Notes: a model not told the origin generated them from the letters alone. DNA of 64,000 nucleotides from Candidatus Dojkabacteria bacterium (GCA_046753765.1 JBHHUN010000006.1:130-64129); one strand, 5' to 3'. Counted from the stretch's first letter, positions 29,691-39,083 are shown. A program made the numbers and translations.

Positions 29691-30299
29691 ATGGCAGAAA
29701 AAGAATCTGACGGTGAAGCTACCGGTCCTTCAGACGTAACAAAGACCACAAGTTCCAATGACAATACGAAGAAGGTGATAATCATTGTAGTTGTAGCCCT
29801 TATTGTTTGTGCGGTAGTTTGTGGTGTACTTACTTTGGGGAGTGGGCTGTTGGTTCAGCAGGGTGCCAATCAGTTAGTAAATGAGCTAGAGGAGGGATTA
29901 AAGCCGTTTGAAGATAATCTTAAAACTTACGAGGACGATTTCCGAGACCTTAATGGAACGGATGGTGATCTTGAACTTTTTCCCGGTATGACAGGGGGAG
30001 AGTGGCCGGCAGATATGCCTTCAGATGTGCCAGTATACAAGCATGGTAGTATCAGGCTTGCTAGTACAGATAACGAATCAAATATTGTGAGCGTGCTCTT
30101 ATATGAATTTTCTCTTGACGCGTTCGAAGACTACAAAAGTGACCTTGAAGCTGCGGGCTGGACAATCGACTCAGATGTCGACTCAGATGTCGACTCAAGA
30201 GTTGACTATCTCACAGCCTCTAAAGGAAACTTAGAGCTACAATATTCAGTGTCTATTGCTGATGATTCGGGGTTTGTTACTGTGAGGATAGGAAACTAA
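29691..30299 (+). CDS. Membrane-anchored acidic hypothetical protein
   Basis: N-terminal TM (VIIIVVVALIVCAVVCGVLTL), acidic ectodomain, internal DSDVDSDVDS micro-repeat. Confidence 0.45.
   Translation: MAEKESDGEATGPSDVTKTTSSNDNTKKVIIIVVVALIVCAVVCGVLTLGSGLLVQQGANQLVNELEEGLKPFEDNLKTYEDDFRDLNGTDGDLELFPGMTGGEWPADMPSDVPVYKHGSIRLASTDNESNIVSVLLYEFSLDAFEDYKSDLEAAGWTIDSDVDSDVDSRVDYLTASKGNLELQYSVSIADDSGFVTVRIGN
30170..30200 (+). repeat. Short tandem repeat (tcagatgtcgac x2.5) encoding DSDVDSDVDS
   Basis: Direct repetition visible in the sequence. Confidence 0.6.
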
Positions 30300-30601
30300 G
30301 CGTAGTACTTAGGTTGAGCTATCTTAAGGCCCTTGACCCGCTTGAAGTCCCTTGGGTTGATCGTTACCAGTGGTACTCCGATGTCTAGTGCAGTACTGGC
30401 GATCATGATGTCGGCAGTTTTTGGATTACGGAGGCTGTTTTTCTTTCGTGATCTCAGAGTTTTTGCACATAGTTCTCCCATAGATTGGTTCAACGGGATT
30501 ATTTCGAACATCTCAATGTCTTCTTTAAGGAAAGCAAGATACTTCTGATTTCTGGATAGAATATAGATCAGGATATTTGTGTCTAGTAAAAGGTCAACCA
30601 T
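30296..30601 (-). CDS. PIN-domain (VapC-like) toxin
   Basis: MVDLLLDTNILIYIL...TADIMIASTALDIGVPLVTINPRDF, the PIN acidic-residue pattern; start at the second Met (30601). Confidence 0.7.
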   Translation of the reverse strand: MVDLLLDTNILIYILSRNQKYLAFLKEDIEMFEIIPLNQSMGELCAKTLRSRKKNSLRNPKTADIMIASTALDIGVPLVTINPRDFKRVKGLKIAQPKYYA

Positions 30602-30933
30602 CTGTCTGGAACAGATCGTCAAACAAACCCCTGGGTCTCTCTATGTCGAGAGGTGAGCTGCTACTGAAGCTCAAAAAGTTTACGGCCAGTGTTAGATTGC
30701 TCGGCTAAGCTGATGACGAGCTCATTCTTGTCGTAACTTCTAGTTCTGGCTGCATATTGAAGTAATAACCAAGTAATATTAACGGTCTGTATGACAAGTT
30801 GTCAGGCAAGGGTTTGGCGAAGGAAAAAATGCCATGAAGCGAGCAGACACCGATTACACAGGTTTGATATAATTGACACACGTCAATACATCGTGTCTGT
30901 CTTGGTTGAGGCTGGGCGGATTACCACTTTTAA

Positions 30934-31022
30934 GGAGAGGTGGCTGAGTGGTCGAAAGCGATGGTTTGCTAAATCATTGTACGGGTCACACCGTACCGCA
31001 GGTTCGAATCCTGTCCTCTCCG
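30934..31022 (+). tRNA. tRNA-Ser (anticodon GCU), class II with long variable arm
   Basis: GGAGAGG acceptor stem and its CCTCTCC complement, D-arm GCT/AGC, anticodon loop TTGCTAA, variable-arm hairpin GTACGG/CCGTAC, T-loop GGTTCGAAT; CCA not encoded. Confidence 0.85.
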
Positions 31023-31186
31023 CTCAGTTCCCAATAAAATTGGGGAATGAGCCGAGACAAAAAAAGTTAAGAACCACATCATGCCGACGGCTCGCACCCA
31101 AACTAACGGGGCTACGAGTTAATGTTTAGCGCTATCTACAAGAAATTGCTAGACTTGAACTATCTTTAAGTTAGTCCAAAGCTTCT

Positions 31187-31405
31187 ATGAAATATCTTGT
31201 TGCAATAATTATTGGAATCATCGTGCTGTTTGCTGCAGCTCTTGCTGCGTTGGCGTTTGTTGCAGCCCCCGGAGCTGATTCTGGTACGAACCCTGATCCG
31301 GAACCTGTAGCTTGCACTCTCGAAGCAAAACTGTGCCCCGATGGCAGCTCTGTAGGAAGAAGTGGTCCCGACTGCGAGTTTGACCCGTGCCCTGACGATT
31401 TATAA
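31187..31405 (+). CDS. Small secreted/membrane Cys-rich peptide (72 aa)
   Basis: Hydrophobic N-terminus then PDPEPVACTLEAKLCPDG...GPDCEFDPCPDD with four Cys; the alternative minus-strand ORF 31171..31416 overlaps and is judged less likely. Confidence 0.4.
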   Translation: MKYLVAIIIGIIVLFAAALAALAFVAAPGADSGTNPDPEPVACTLEAKLCPDGSSVGRSGPDCEFDPCPDDL

Positions 31406-31500
31406 AATGACATCAAGACGTAGTGGAAAGTTTGTGTCTTTGGCTAAGCTTCCGGACTACATCCCTTGGACAACTAATTTAGAGGAGTATGAAGTAGTAC

Positions 31501-31884
31501 TCAAAGAATGTTCAGATCAACAACCCTGAGTATCGGCAGGATGATCGAAAGCGAAAAGACTGCAAACCCGATAATCGAAATTACTACAAGTAGCAGGATT
31601 CTCCCTATCCACTGATATAGATTATCTCTAACGAATTTCGTTGATCCGGTCAGTAGTCGGTAGAGTGCTGCGAGGCCTATCCCACCATATGCGACAGCAA
31701 GTATCGCGAATACGTAAACTGGAAATGTAGGTGGATGAGTTCCCAATCTGGAGTAGTATCTCTCTATCCTGGGATTTGAGAACAGAAACACAACCCCAAC
31801 AACAACAGCATAAAGAATAGAATACACTATCACGAAAATATGCAGAGCTCTTATCGCAGCTTTGTAGTTCTCCTTATGTGTCAC
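31501..31884 (-). CDS. Hypothetical four-TM membrane protein
   Basis: 127 aa, four hydrophobic helices. Confidence 0.45.
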   Translation of the reverse strand: MTHKENYKAAIRALHIFVIVYSILYAVVVGVVFLFSNPRIERYYSRLGTHPPTFPVYVFAILAVAYGGIGLAALYRLLTGSTKFVRDNLYQWIGRILLLVVISIIGFAVFSLSIILPILRVVDLNIL

Positions 31885-32173
31885 TTGCCTTTTTTAATAA
31901 AGATCTTTGTTTAATAATAGAAGGTTTTATCGTAAGGGGTCAATCCATGCGATCGTGTCGTCTGGACGTTCACGAAAATCCGAGGTGGTTCCTGCACTGT
32001 AATCGAGAACTACCCCTTCCCACCCCAATTCTTCTTCGAGCTCCTTTTTAATTACCCAATCGCGGGGGGACCCTCACCAGTGTCAGCAAGACTTGTATCG
32101 TTCTCAATCCAATTGAGGTTTTGTTAAAATACCAGTTATGCTAAATTGGTAAGTATATTTACGTATCTGCCCA

Positions 32174-32830
32174 GTGGCTAAAAAAGGGTTCAATTTACTT
32201 AGACCACAAATAGAACCACCCACAGTCTGGACTAAGGTGTACGACTACATCGTTGGTTCAGCCAGAGTGATTGTGATACTGGTTGAATTAGTTGTTGTGT
32301 TGGCCTTTGTAGTTAGGTTGGTTGTGGATGTTCAAAGCAAAAACCTGGATGAGGAGATTGTGGTAAAAGAGGCTATTGTGAAGAGCTTTGCCCAGGCCGA
32401 AGCGCGTTACGTGCGTATTCAAAACAAGACTGGAGCGTTCAACGCTATCTGGACAAATTCCCCAATATATATCCAGCTATACTCCGAGATAAATGGGTAT
32501 ATCCCAAACAGCGCAAGAGAGATGACAATACAGATAGACAATGACAAGATCTTCATTACAGGGATCGCAATCACATCGGAGATAGGTGAAATGGAGAATG
32601 CCTTCAAAAACTCGGACACATTTTATAAACAGGAATTGGACCAACTTGAGACAGAGGGTGTCTCTGACGATACACTTGGAAACTTCACTCTCAGGGCGCA
32701 GCTTAATGAACTACCTATGCGTGAGCTGATTGACCAGACTGTTCTGGACCAACCAGAAGTAATTCCAACTCCTACACTCTTCGAAGATAATTCTACTGTA
32801 TTACCAACTCTCACTGACACGATCCAGTAA
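32174..32830 (+). CDS. PilN-like type IV pilus assembly protein (bitopic)
   Basis: N-terminal FNLL motif then TM; periplasmic region with KIFITGIAITSEIGEMENAFKNSDTF matching the PilN pattern. Confidence 0.45.
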   Translation: MAKKGFNLLRPQIEPPTVWTKVYDYIVGSARVIVILVELVVVLAFVVRLVVDVQSKNLDEEIVVKEAIVKSFAQAEARYVRIQNKTGAFNAIWTNSPIYIQLYSEINGYIPNSAREMTIQIDNDKIFITGIAITSEIGEMENAFKNSDTFYKQELDQLETEGVSDDTLGNFTLRAQLNELPMRELIDQTVLDQPEVIPTPTLFEDNSTVLPTLTDTIQ

Positions 32831-32838
32831 TAAATGAT

Positions 32839-33456
32839 ATGGCACAAAGACGAATCGAAATAAAAAAGATACTAGCGACAACACAGGGGAGGGCGTACGC
32901 AGTTGTTGGGGTTACAATCTTTTTAATTGTACTTATGTTCTTTCTCGCGATTAGGCCGGCATTTCTGTCTATCACGAACCAGAATACGCAAAATGATGAG
33001 AAGCGGGAGTATCTTGAGGAGCTTACCGACAAAGAGAACACGTTAAAAGCTCTTGCTAAGCAAGAGATAGAGCTGCAGAGTCAGATAGATCTCATGAATG
33101 AGTATTTACCTGACAAACGTAATGACGAGTACTTCGCTGCGAATATTGCTGCCATCGCTGACCTGTACGGTGTAGATGTCCTCGTGATTAACTTCAATAA
33201 AAATGAGGTGATTACTGATGCGGAGTTGATCCAGTACACTCAGATGCTCTCCGTCCCGTTCAGAATCTCTGTGAAGGGCAATCTGGCTGATTTACAGTTG
33301 TTCCTTGGTCATCTTGAGAATTTTCCGGCACCTGTAAGAGTTGAAGGTATGGCATACTCAGACAAAGAGCAGGAGATCTTTGTTGAAGGGACGGGAGTGA
33401 AGGCATTTACACTCGACATTGATGCGGTATATTATTTCTGGAGATTCGGAGTATGA
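32839..33456 (+). CDS. PilO-like type IV pilus assembly protein
   Basis: TM, coiled coil (ENTLKALAKQEIELQSQIDLMNEYLP), then a VPFRISVKGNLADLQLFLGHLENFPAPVRVEGM PilO-like C-terminal domain. Confidence 0.45.
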   Translation: MAQRRIEIKKILATTQGRAYAVVGVTIFLIVLMFFLAIRPAFLSITNQNTQNDEKREYLEELTDKENTLKALAKQEIELQSQIDLMNEYLPDKRNDEYFAANIAAIADLYGVDVLVINFNKNEVITDAELIQYTQMLSVPFRISVKGNLADLQLFLGHLENFPAPVRVEGMAYSDKEQEIFVEGTGVKAFTLDIDAVYYFWRFGV

Positions 33457-33725
33457 ACAGATCGTGGATAGCATTAATAGTTATAGCAGTCGTCACTATG
33501 CTTGGCATTATTGGGTATGAGTTTTTTCAATCACTCAGCGGGGCTAACGTAGAGTTTAGAAGGGGGATCCAAACGACCGAATTGCCGGCAGATCTTGGGA
33601 CGAAGCAACTGGGCTTTGTAGGGTTTCTGGAAGAAAGCGTTCTTGTAAAAGACGCTGAGCTTGAAGGCGAGACAACAGAACAGCTAACGCTCCCTGAAGG
33701 TACACAAGAAGGTGCAAATCCATAG
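33453..33725 (+). CDS. Small single-TM protein (possible pilus-assembly accessory)
   Basis: 90 aa, one N-terminal TM, overlaps the upstream gene by 4 nt. Confidence 0.35.
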   Translation: MNRSWIALIVIAVVTMLGIIGYEFFQSLSGANVEFRRGIQTTELPADLGTKQLGFVGFLEESVLVKDAELEGETTEQLTLPEGTQEGANP

Positions 33726-33736
33726 TATAATTCACC

Positions 33737-34660
33737 ATGAGTAAATCAAAGAACAAAACATCAGATGGTGGTATTAATATTTCACTCGAGAATATTGGCC
33801 TTGCTGAGCTTGTTAACCCCATTGCAATATTGATAGGAGGCATTCTTATTGCAGCAGCAATCTTTTATGGGTCAGCAGAGCTGCGACCCGAGGCATCACG
33901 TGTGAAAACCAACTGTTCGGAAACCGCGCCACTTTCAGAAGACTGCCTGGTCGAATATGCTCAAGAACTAAGTCTGGATATACCTAGGTTCGAGACCTGT
34001 CTGACTGAAGGCGAAAAGGGTGATCAGGTCTCTTCGGAGATTGAGAGCGCCACCAGCCTGAGCCTTACCGGAACACCGACATTGATTCTTGCAACTGGGA
34101 GAGGTAATGAGGTGAGAGGATTTAACCTGGGAGCTGTAGATACAATCGAGAATTTCAACGAGCTTTATGATCGCGTAACTAACGGGTCAATTGAAGACGC
34201 ACAAAGTTATTGGGTAGATGTTCAGCTTGATCAACTCAAAAGCTTCAGGTCAGAGGTAAGAGATTTTTTTAAGTCAAAGGATGGAGGAGGATTAAAAGGT
34301 GCAAAATTGGACAAAGAGGTTTCTGCGTTCATGACAGACCAGAAACGAAGTGTCGAAGCACACAGTGAACTAAAAGACTTCCCGCTAGGGGAGGGGATTT
34401 CGAAGGGCGAAGGGGAGGTAGTGCTTATGGAATTTAGTGACTACGAATGTCCGTTTTGCGCTGAGTTTTCAGCGGGCATAGGGAATCAAATCATCGAAGA
34501 ATATGTTAACAAGGATAAGCTAAGATTTGTCTTCAGAGATTTCCCTCTTGAGGATATTCACCCCAATGCCAGGCTGGCTGCTGAAGCTGCGCGATGCGCT
34601 GGTGATCAAGAGAAGTACTTCGAGTACCATGATCTGCTATTTGGAATTGAACCTGGATAA
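33737..34660 (+). CDS. Membrane-anchored DsbA-like thiol:disulfide oxidoreductase with apparently permuted domain order
   Basis: TM near residue 30. Residues 60-170 resemble the DsbA C-terminal half (LGLD-type helix, cis-Pro loop TGTPTLIL). Residues 230-307 resemble the DsbA N-terminal half (VVLMEFSDYECPFCAEF CxxC, RFVFRDFPL, HPNARLAAEAARCA). Confidence 0.7.
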   Translation: MSKSKNKTSDGGINISLENIGLAELVNPIAILIGGILIAAAIFYGSAELRPEASRVKTNCSETAPLSEDCLVEYAQELSLDIPRFETCLTEGEKGDQVSSEIESATSLSLTGTPTLILATGRGNEVRGFNLGAVDTIENFNELYDRVTNGSIEDAQSYWVDVQLDQLKSFRSEVRDFFKSKDGGGLKGAKLDKEVSAFMTDQKRSVEAHSELKDFPLGEGISKGEGEVVLMEFSDYECPFCAEFSAGIGNQIIEEYVNKDKLRFVFRDFPLEDIHPNARLAAEAARCAGDQEKYFEYHDLLFGIEPG

Positions 34661-34697
34661 GCTGGGCATATCCATTTTGATTCATTAAGATGGATGT

Positions 34698-35183
34698 ATG
34701 AGAAACACTATCCTGATCGTAGTAACAACATTCTTTTTCACTGCTTTGTTTCTGCATGTTTTCAATAATGTGAGCCCATGGAATACTGATGCAGTCCAAC
34801 TGGCAATCGAACGTTACGGTCTTGAAACTCAAGATAACTTCACTGAGTTTGTAGATCAGGCAATGGAATTCGGGCTCATCTGGAGCCTGATTGATATCAA
34901 GAACCTGCTGCTACTGTTAGCACTACTTGGTGGTGCAGTCGTTTCGGGATTTGCGGTGCTACACCTCATTATTGATAAGCTATTTGTTAAGAAATTCTAT
35001 GAGAAGCCAAATGTTTCTGTTGCGTTCAGAAGGGGTGTCCTGGTCTACCTTGTGATCGTTAGTCTGATTTTGCTGAGACTGATCGCCGGATTGTTTTGGT
35101 ATAATGCACTCGCGGTGTTGATCTTGGCAGTGTCGATTGAATATGCCTTCGTAAACTATTTTAAAGATAGAGGGAATGAATAA
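34698..35183 (+). CDS. Hypothetical four-TM membrane protein (no Cys; not DsbB/VKOR)
   Basis: 161 aa with four hydrophobic helices. Confidence 0.45.
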   Translation: MRNTILIVVTTFFFTALFLHVFNNVSPWNTDAVQLAIERYGLETQDNFTEFVDQAMEFGLIWSLIDIKNLLLLLALLGGAVVSGFAVLHLIIDKLFVKKFYEKPNVSVAFRRGVLVYLVIVSLILLRLIAGLFWYNALAVLILAVSIEYAFVNYFKDRGNE

Positions 35184-36924
35184 AAAGATACTCGTTGCAA
35201 TCGCTTGGCCCTATGTTAACGGCGATATCCACCTTGGACATCTTGCTGGCTACCTTTTGCCGGCTGACATTTTTGCCAGGTATCAGAGATTGAAAGGAAA
35301 TGACGTGCTAATGGTTTCTGGCAGTGACACCCACGGAACACCTATAACTGTACAGGCGGATAAAGAAGGGGTTTCACCCGAGGAAATCGTTGAAAAGTAC
35401 CACAAAAGTGATGTTGCACTGTTTAAACAGTACAAGCTCAGTTACAACCTCTACACTACGACGAGAACAGAAAATCACAAACGCGTCGTACAGGAGCTAT
35501 TCCTACAGCTGCTCGACAACGACTATATTGTTGTTGATACTCAGGAGCAGTACTACTCGAGTAAGGACGAGCAGTTTTTGCCGGACCGCTACGTAAAGGG
35601 GACGTGCCCTTATTGCGGGGCAGAACACCAGCGAAGTGACCAATGTGAAAGCTGTGGCCGTTGGATAGGCGATGGTGAGTTGGTTGCCCCTTACAGTGTG
35701 CTCACTCGGGCACCGGTTGAGCTGAAAGAGACAGAGCACTACTTTCTCGATTTCCCAAAGGCACAGAAAGAGCTTGAAAAGTATGTTGAGTCGAAGAAAG
35801 ATGTATGGCGAAACTGGATCTGGAAAGAAGCAAGTGGTTGGTTAAAAGAGGGGCTTGAGAAAAGAGCGATTACTCGTGATATGGATTGGGCAATTGAGCT
35901 CCCCATCGATGAAATCAAGAAGCGTCCGAAATCGAAACAGCTCAAATTCTTTGAGGGAAAACGGATTTACGTCTGGTTTGAAGCTGTTATTGGCTATCTT
36001 TCGGCTCCTCAAGAATGGGTTGATCTCAATGAGGGTGGAGAAGATAAGATTTTTCTTAAGACCAAAGGTCAGTCAAATGACTGGAAGGACTGGTGGATGA
36101 ATGGAGACTCCGAGCAGTTCTACTTCATGGGCCAGGATAACCTGGTTTTTCATACACTTATGTGGCAGGCAGAGCTGATGGGAAGTGGAGTCGACTATAC
36201 ACTGCCGCACAACGTTCTTGTTAACAAATTTATGAATTATGAGGGTAAGAAGTTTTCAAAGAGCAGAAACTGGACTATTGATTCAAAAGCCATGGCTGAT
36301 AAATATGGTGTTGACGCTGTGCGTTTTTACATCGCATCAAACTTCCCCGAAAACAAAGAGGGCGACTTCACCTGGGAGGGGTTTGTTGACTCGATCAACA
36401 ACGAGCTTGTCGCAAATCTGGGTAATCTGGTTAACAGAATTTTGAAGTTTATTGAGAGTAGCTTTGAGGGCAAGCTTTCCCCAGACGATTATGAGCTTGA
36501 TGAGAAAGTAAAAAACGAGGTTGATAGTGCATTTACTGAGATCGGTGAACATATTCAGAAAGGTGAGTTTGTTGCCGGGCTGGACAGAATAATGGAACTT
36601 ACGCGATTCGGTAATAAGTACTTCGACAGCTCAAAGGTGTGGAAGGTTGCAAAAGATCATCCCGATGAAGCTGAGAGGATTCTCATGAACATGATTAATC
36701 TGATTAGTGCGATTCCTTTCATTTTAGCCCCGTATCTGCCCGAGGGAACAGGGAAGCTTTGCATGTACCTCCGTTTTAAACCGTTAAACCCGAAGGTCGG
36801 CACAGATCTTTGGCAACCTACTTTCCGCAACAGTTTTGAGCTTAATCATGAGGTTAAACCAGTTTTTGCAAAGCTGGAACGGGACACGGTGTTAGCCGAA
36901 AAAGAAGGAACTTCTGATGAGTAA
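35176..36924 (+). CDS. metG: Methionyl-tRNA synthetase
   Basis: Class I HLGH (WPYVNGDIHLGHLAGY), zinc knuckle CPYCG...CESCG, KFSKSRNW (KMSKS), anticodon-binding helical domain. Confidence 0.9.
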   Translation: MNKKILVAIAWPYVNGDIHLGHLAGYLLPADIFARYQRLKGNDVLMVSGSDTHGTPITVQADKEGVSPEEIVEKYHKSDVALFKQYKLSYNLYTTTRTENHKRVVQELFLQLLDNDYIVVDTQEQYYSSKDEQFLPDRYVKGTCPYCGAEHQRSDQCESCGRWIGDGELVAPYSVLTRAPVELKETEHYFLDFPKAQKELEKYVESKKDVWRNWIWKEASGWLKEGLEKRAITRDMDWAIELPIDEIKKRPKSKQLKFFEGKRIYVWFEAVIGYLSAPQEWVDLNEGGEDKIFLKTKGQSNDWKDWWMNGDSEQFYFMGQDNLVFHTLMWQAELMGSGVDYTLPHNVLVNKFMNYEGKKFSKSRNWTIDSKAMADKYGVDAVRFYIASNFPENKEGDFTWEGFVDSINNELVANLGNLVNRILKFIESSFEGKLSPDDYELDEKVKNEVDSAFTEIGEHIQKGEFVAGLDRIMELTRFGNKYFDSSKVWKVAKDHPDEAERILMNMINLISAIPFILAPYLPEGTGKLCMYLRFKPLNPKVGTDLWQPTFRNSFELNHEVKPVFAKLERDTVLAEKEGTSDE

Positions 36925-37741
36925 GATCTTGCCCTTCACAGATCTCTTTGACTCACACTGTCACTTAAATGATTCCAGATTTGATGAGGATAGAGACGAG
37001 GTTGTAGATCGTGCAATTGAGACAGGTGTGAAACATATCGTCGATGTTGCCGTCGATGTTAATTCAGCCGGGAGATCCTTGGAGCTGAGTGGGAAGTATA
37101 AAGGGGTTGTACACTCTACTGTTGGCATCTATCCTGAGTTCTTGATACCCGGTGCGAGTATGTTTAAAGGGGAGGTGGGAGAGGATGAAGTTCTTGCCAG
37201 GATTGAAGATATTGATAGTTTACTATCCAAACACAAAGGCAGGTTTCTGATGGTAGGAGAGTGTGGTTTGGATTATTATTGGTTGGTGAAGAATGTCAGA
37301 GGTAAAGAAGAGTTTGACAGGAGTGTCTCTCTTCAAAAACTCTTGTTTGAAGAGCAGATTAAATTGGCAGTAAAGCACAAGCTTCCATTGACCGTTCACC
37401 ACCGTGAAAGCACAGACGATTGCCTTGAGTTGCTCGCAAAATACCCTGAAACCAGGGCCATCTTTCATAGTTTCACTGGTGACCTTAGACAGGCAAACGC
37501 TATCCTTAGTGCAGGGCACAACGTTGGAATCAATGGAATTATCACGTTTCCTAATGCGACTGAGTTGCAACAAGTGGTTAAGGGTATCCTGGACGGAGTT
37601 TCGATTGAGTCACCACAGGATCTGTATGAAAAAGGAGTCTACCTGGAAACCGATTCGCCATATCTTGCTCCACAAGCAAAGAGGGGTAAGAGGAATGAAC
37701 CGGAGAATATATCGGCAATATTTCGTTCCCTTGTACCGTAA
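36917..37741 (+). CDS. tatD: TatD-family metal-dependent hydrolase
   Basis: FDSHCHLND motif, ECGLDYY and TIM-barrel His/Asp ligands. Confidence 0.85.
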   Translation: MSKILPFTDLFDSHCHLNDSRFDEDRDEVVDRAIETGVKHIVDVAVDVNSAGRSLELSGKYKGVVHSTVGIYPEFLIPGASMFKGEVGEDEVLARIEDIDSLLSKHKGRFLMVGECGLDYYWLVKNVRGKEEFDRSVSLQKLLFEEQIKLAVKHKLPLTVHHRESTDDCLELLAKYPETRAIFHSFTGDLRQANAILSAGHNVGINGIITFPNATELQQVVKGILDGVSIESPQDLYEKGVYLETDSPYLAPQAKRGKRNEPENISAIFRSLVP

Positions 37742-37862
37742 TGCGTTCACTTCTGGAGTGCGTAAATGGGAAAAGAAAGGCTAGACGTCCAAGATATATA
37801 CTGTTACTATGGCACTCACTATTCCTTTTCTCTCGTAGCAGTTAGGATAGCTATTCAGTAAT

Positions 37863-39083
37863 ATGGAGTCACTGCATCTCTTAGGTGTTGACGAGATTGG
37901 CTTTGATATAATCTCTAGAGGAGTTCTTCCTTCAACGGGGGATTTAAGTAGACAGATACAGCCTGGGGACACAGTTTTCTCACAGGATTCTCGCGTTGTC
38001 TCCCGAATAAATGAACTTCTCGGACAGCACTCCATGGTTGAGGGTTGGGGAATAGTCGAACGTGGTGGGGAGGCACGTAGGATTCATTTTGGTGAGGATG
38101 CAGAGCATTTGTCGGGACTTATAACTTCAGATCCTGGTGTTCGTCAAACAGCATTACTGTCTAGAAGGAATGGGAATATGCTAGCGGTTGCTAGGTCATC
38201 AGGAGGGTATGGTTTTATAGACTACAATTCTCCGTTGGATACCGAAAGGATAGAGTTTCTTGCAGCTGCGATAAATCCTATACTTCTATTAAAAGGTAGC
38301 TCTGAGGAAAGCGATAAAGAAGAGTTTTTGCTCAGCTTTGGTCAGCTTGTGCAAGATAAAGAGGTACGTCATGCTTTGAAGTCAAGATTCACGAGTCTTA
38401 ATCTTCGAGCAGGTATTATCAAGAGTAGAAAAAGTGCGTTAGAGCACCTTCCGTTTGAGGCTCTTAGAGTTGTGAAAGAATTGGAGAGGTTAGATTCAAC
38501 TCTATGGATTATGGATGAGGTGGATAGACAAACTGAGCTTACTGTGCGCAGGGGGCTCGGACTAGTCGGAAGTTCTATTGGTACACACGACTTTGCACAT
38601 ATTACATATATCGAGCAAGGATTGCAGGATAGACTTGTCCCAGCTCGCACGTTTCTACATCTCTTAGAAACCGTTAACAATGCTGCTGTTGGTGGCAAAG
38701 CGACGGCGGTGGTAATTTGCGCGAAGAAGCATTCGGCCGATGAAATTGAGTTTTCTGTGCTCGATAACGGAATGGGGATGCAGTATGCGGATATGGTTAA
38801 ATACATCAAGCCAGGTGTTTCAGGAACAGGTAGTACAGGACAGGGATTACCCGCGATTATCGAGTACTTTGGTAGACAAGGAATTCAGGTCACCTTGAAA
38901 TCTTATGGTAATACTACGGAATCGCCTTTTTGGTATGAAGTGCAACTTAATCCGGCAGGGTCAGAGGGAAGCATACAGGTACACGTTTCTTTGAAGAGCA
39001 CTCTAGAGGACGTCCAAGGAATCTGGCCTGATCGAATGAGTGGGTCAGAGGTGAGCGTAATACATCCTGTATCGAGCTCCTAA
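37863..39083 (+). CDS. GHKL/HATPase_c-like ATPase domain protein (paralogue A)
   Basis: C-terminal N-box FLHLLETVNNAAVGG, G1 box LDNGMGM, G2 box GTGSTGQGLP; N-terminal 250 aa have no recognisable HisKA. Confidence 0.5.
   Translation: MESLHLLGVDEIGFDIISRGVLPSTGDLSRQIQPGDTVFSQDSRVVSRINELLGQHSMVEGWGIVERGGEARRIHFGEDAEHLSGLITSDPGVRQTALLSRRNGNMLAVARSSGGYGFIDYNSPLDTERIEFLAAAINPILLLKGSSEESDKEEFLLSFGQLVQDKEVRHALKSRFTSLNLRAGIIKSRKSALEHLPFEALRVVKELERLDSTLWIMDEVDRQTELTVRRGLGLVGSSIGTHDFAHITYIEQGLQDRLVPARTFLHLLETVNNAAVGGKATAVVICAKKHSADEIEFSVLDNGMGMQYADMVKYIKPGVSGTGSTGQGLPAIIEYFGRQGIQVTLKSYGNTTESPFWYEVQLNPAGSEGSIQVHVSLKSTLEDVQGIWPDRMSGSEVSVIHPVSSS

Noticed and set aside
30602-30790. Expected VapB-type antitoxin upstream of the orphan PIN toxin
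   Set aside because: All three minus-strand frames lack a usable start codon before a stop. One frame ends in a TGA overlapping the toxin ATG, suggestive but not callable; left as a finding rather than a feature.
31171-31416. 81-aa minus-strand ORF overlapping the small Cys-rich gene
   Set aside because: The plus-strand reading gives a hydrophobic N-terminus followed by a Cys-rich acidic peptide (secretion-like); the minus-strand product is Ser/Gly/Ala-rich low-complexity. One of them is spurious; the plus strand is favoured but with low confidence.
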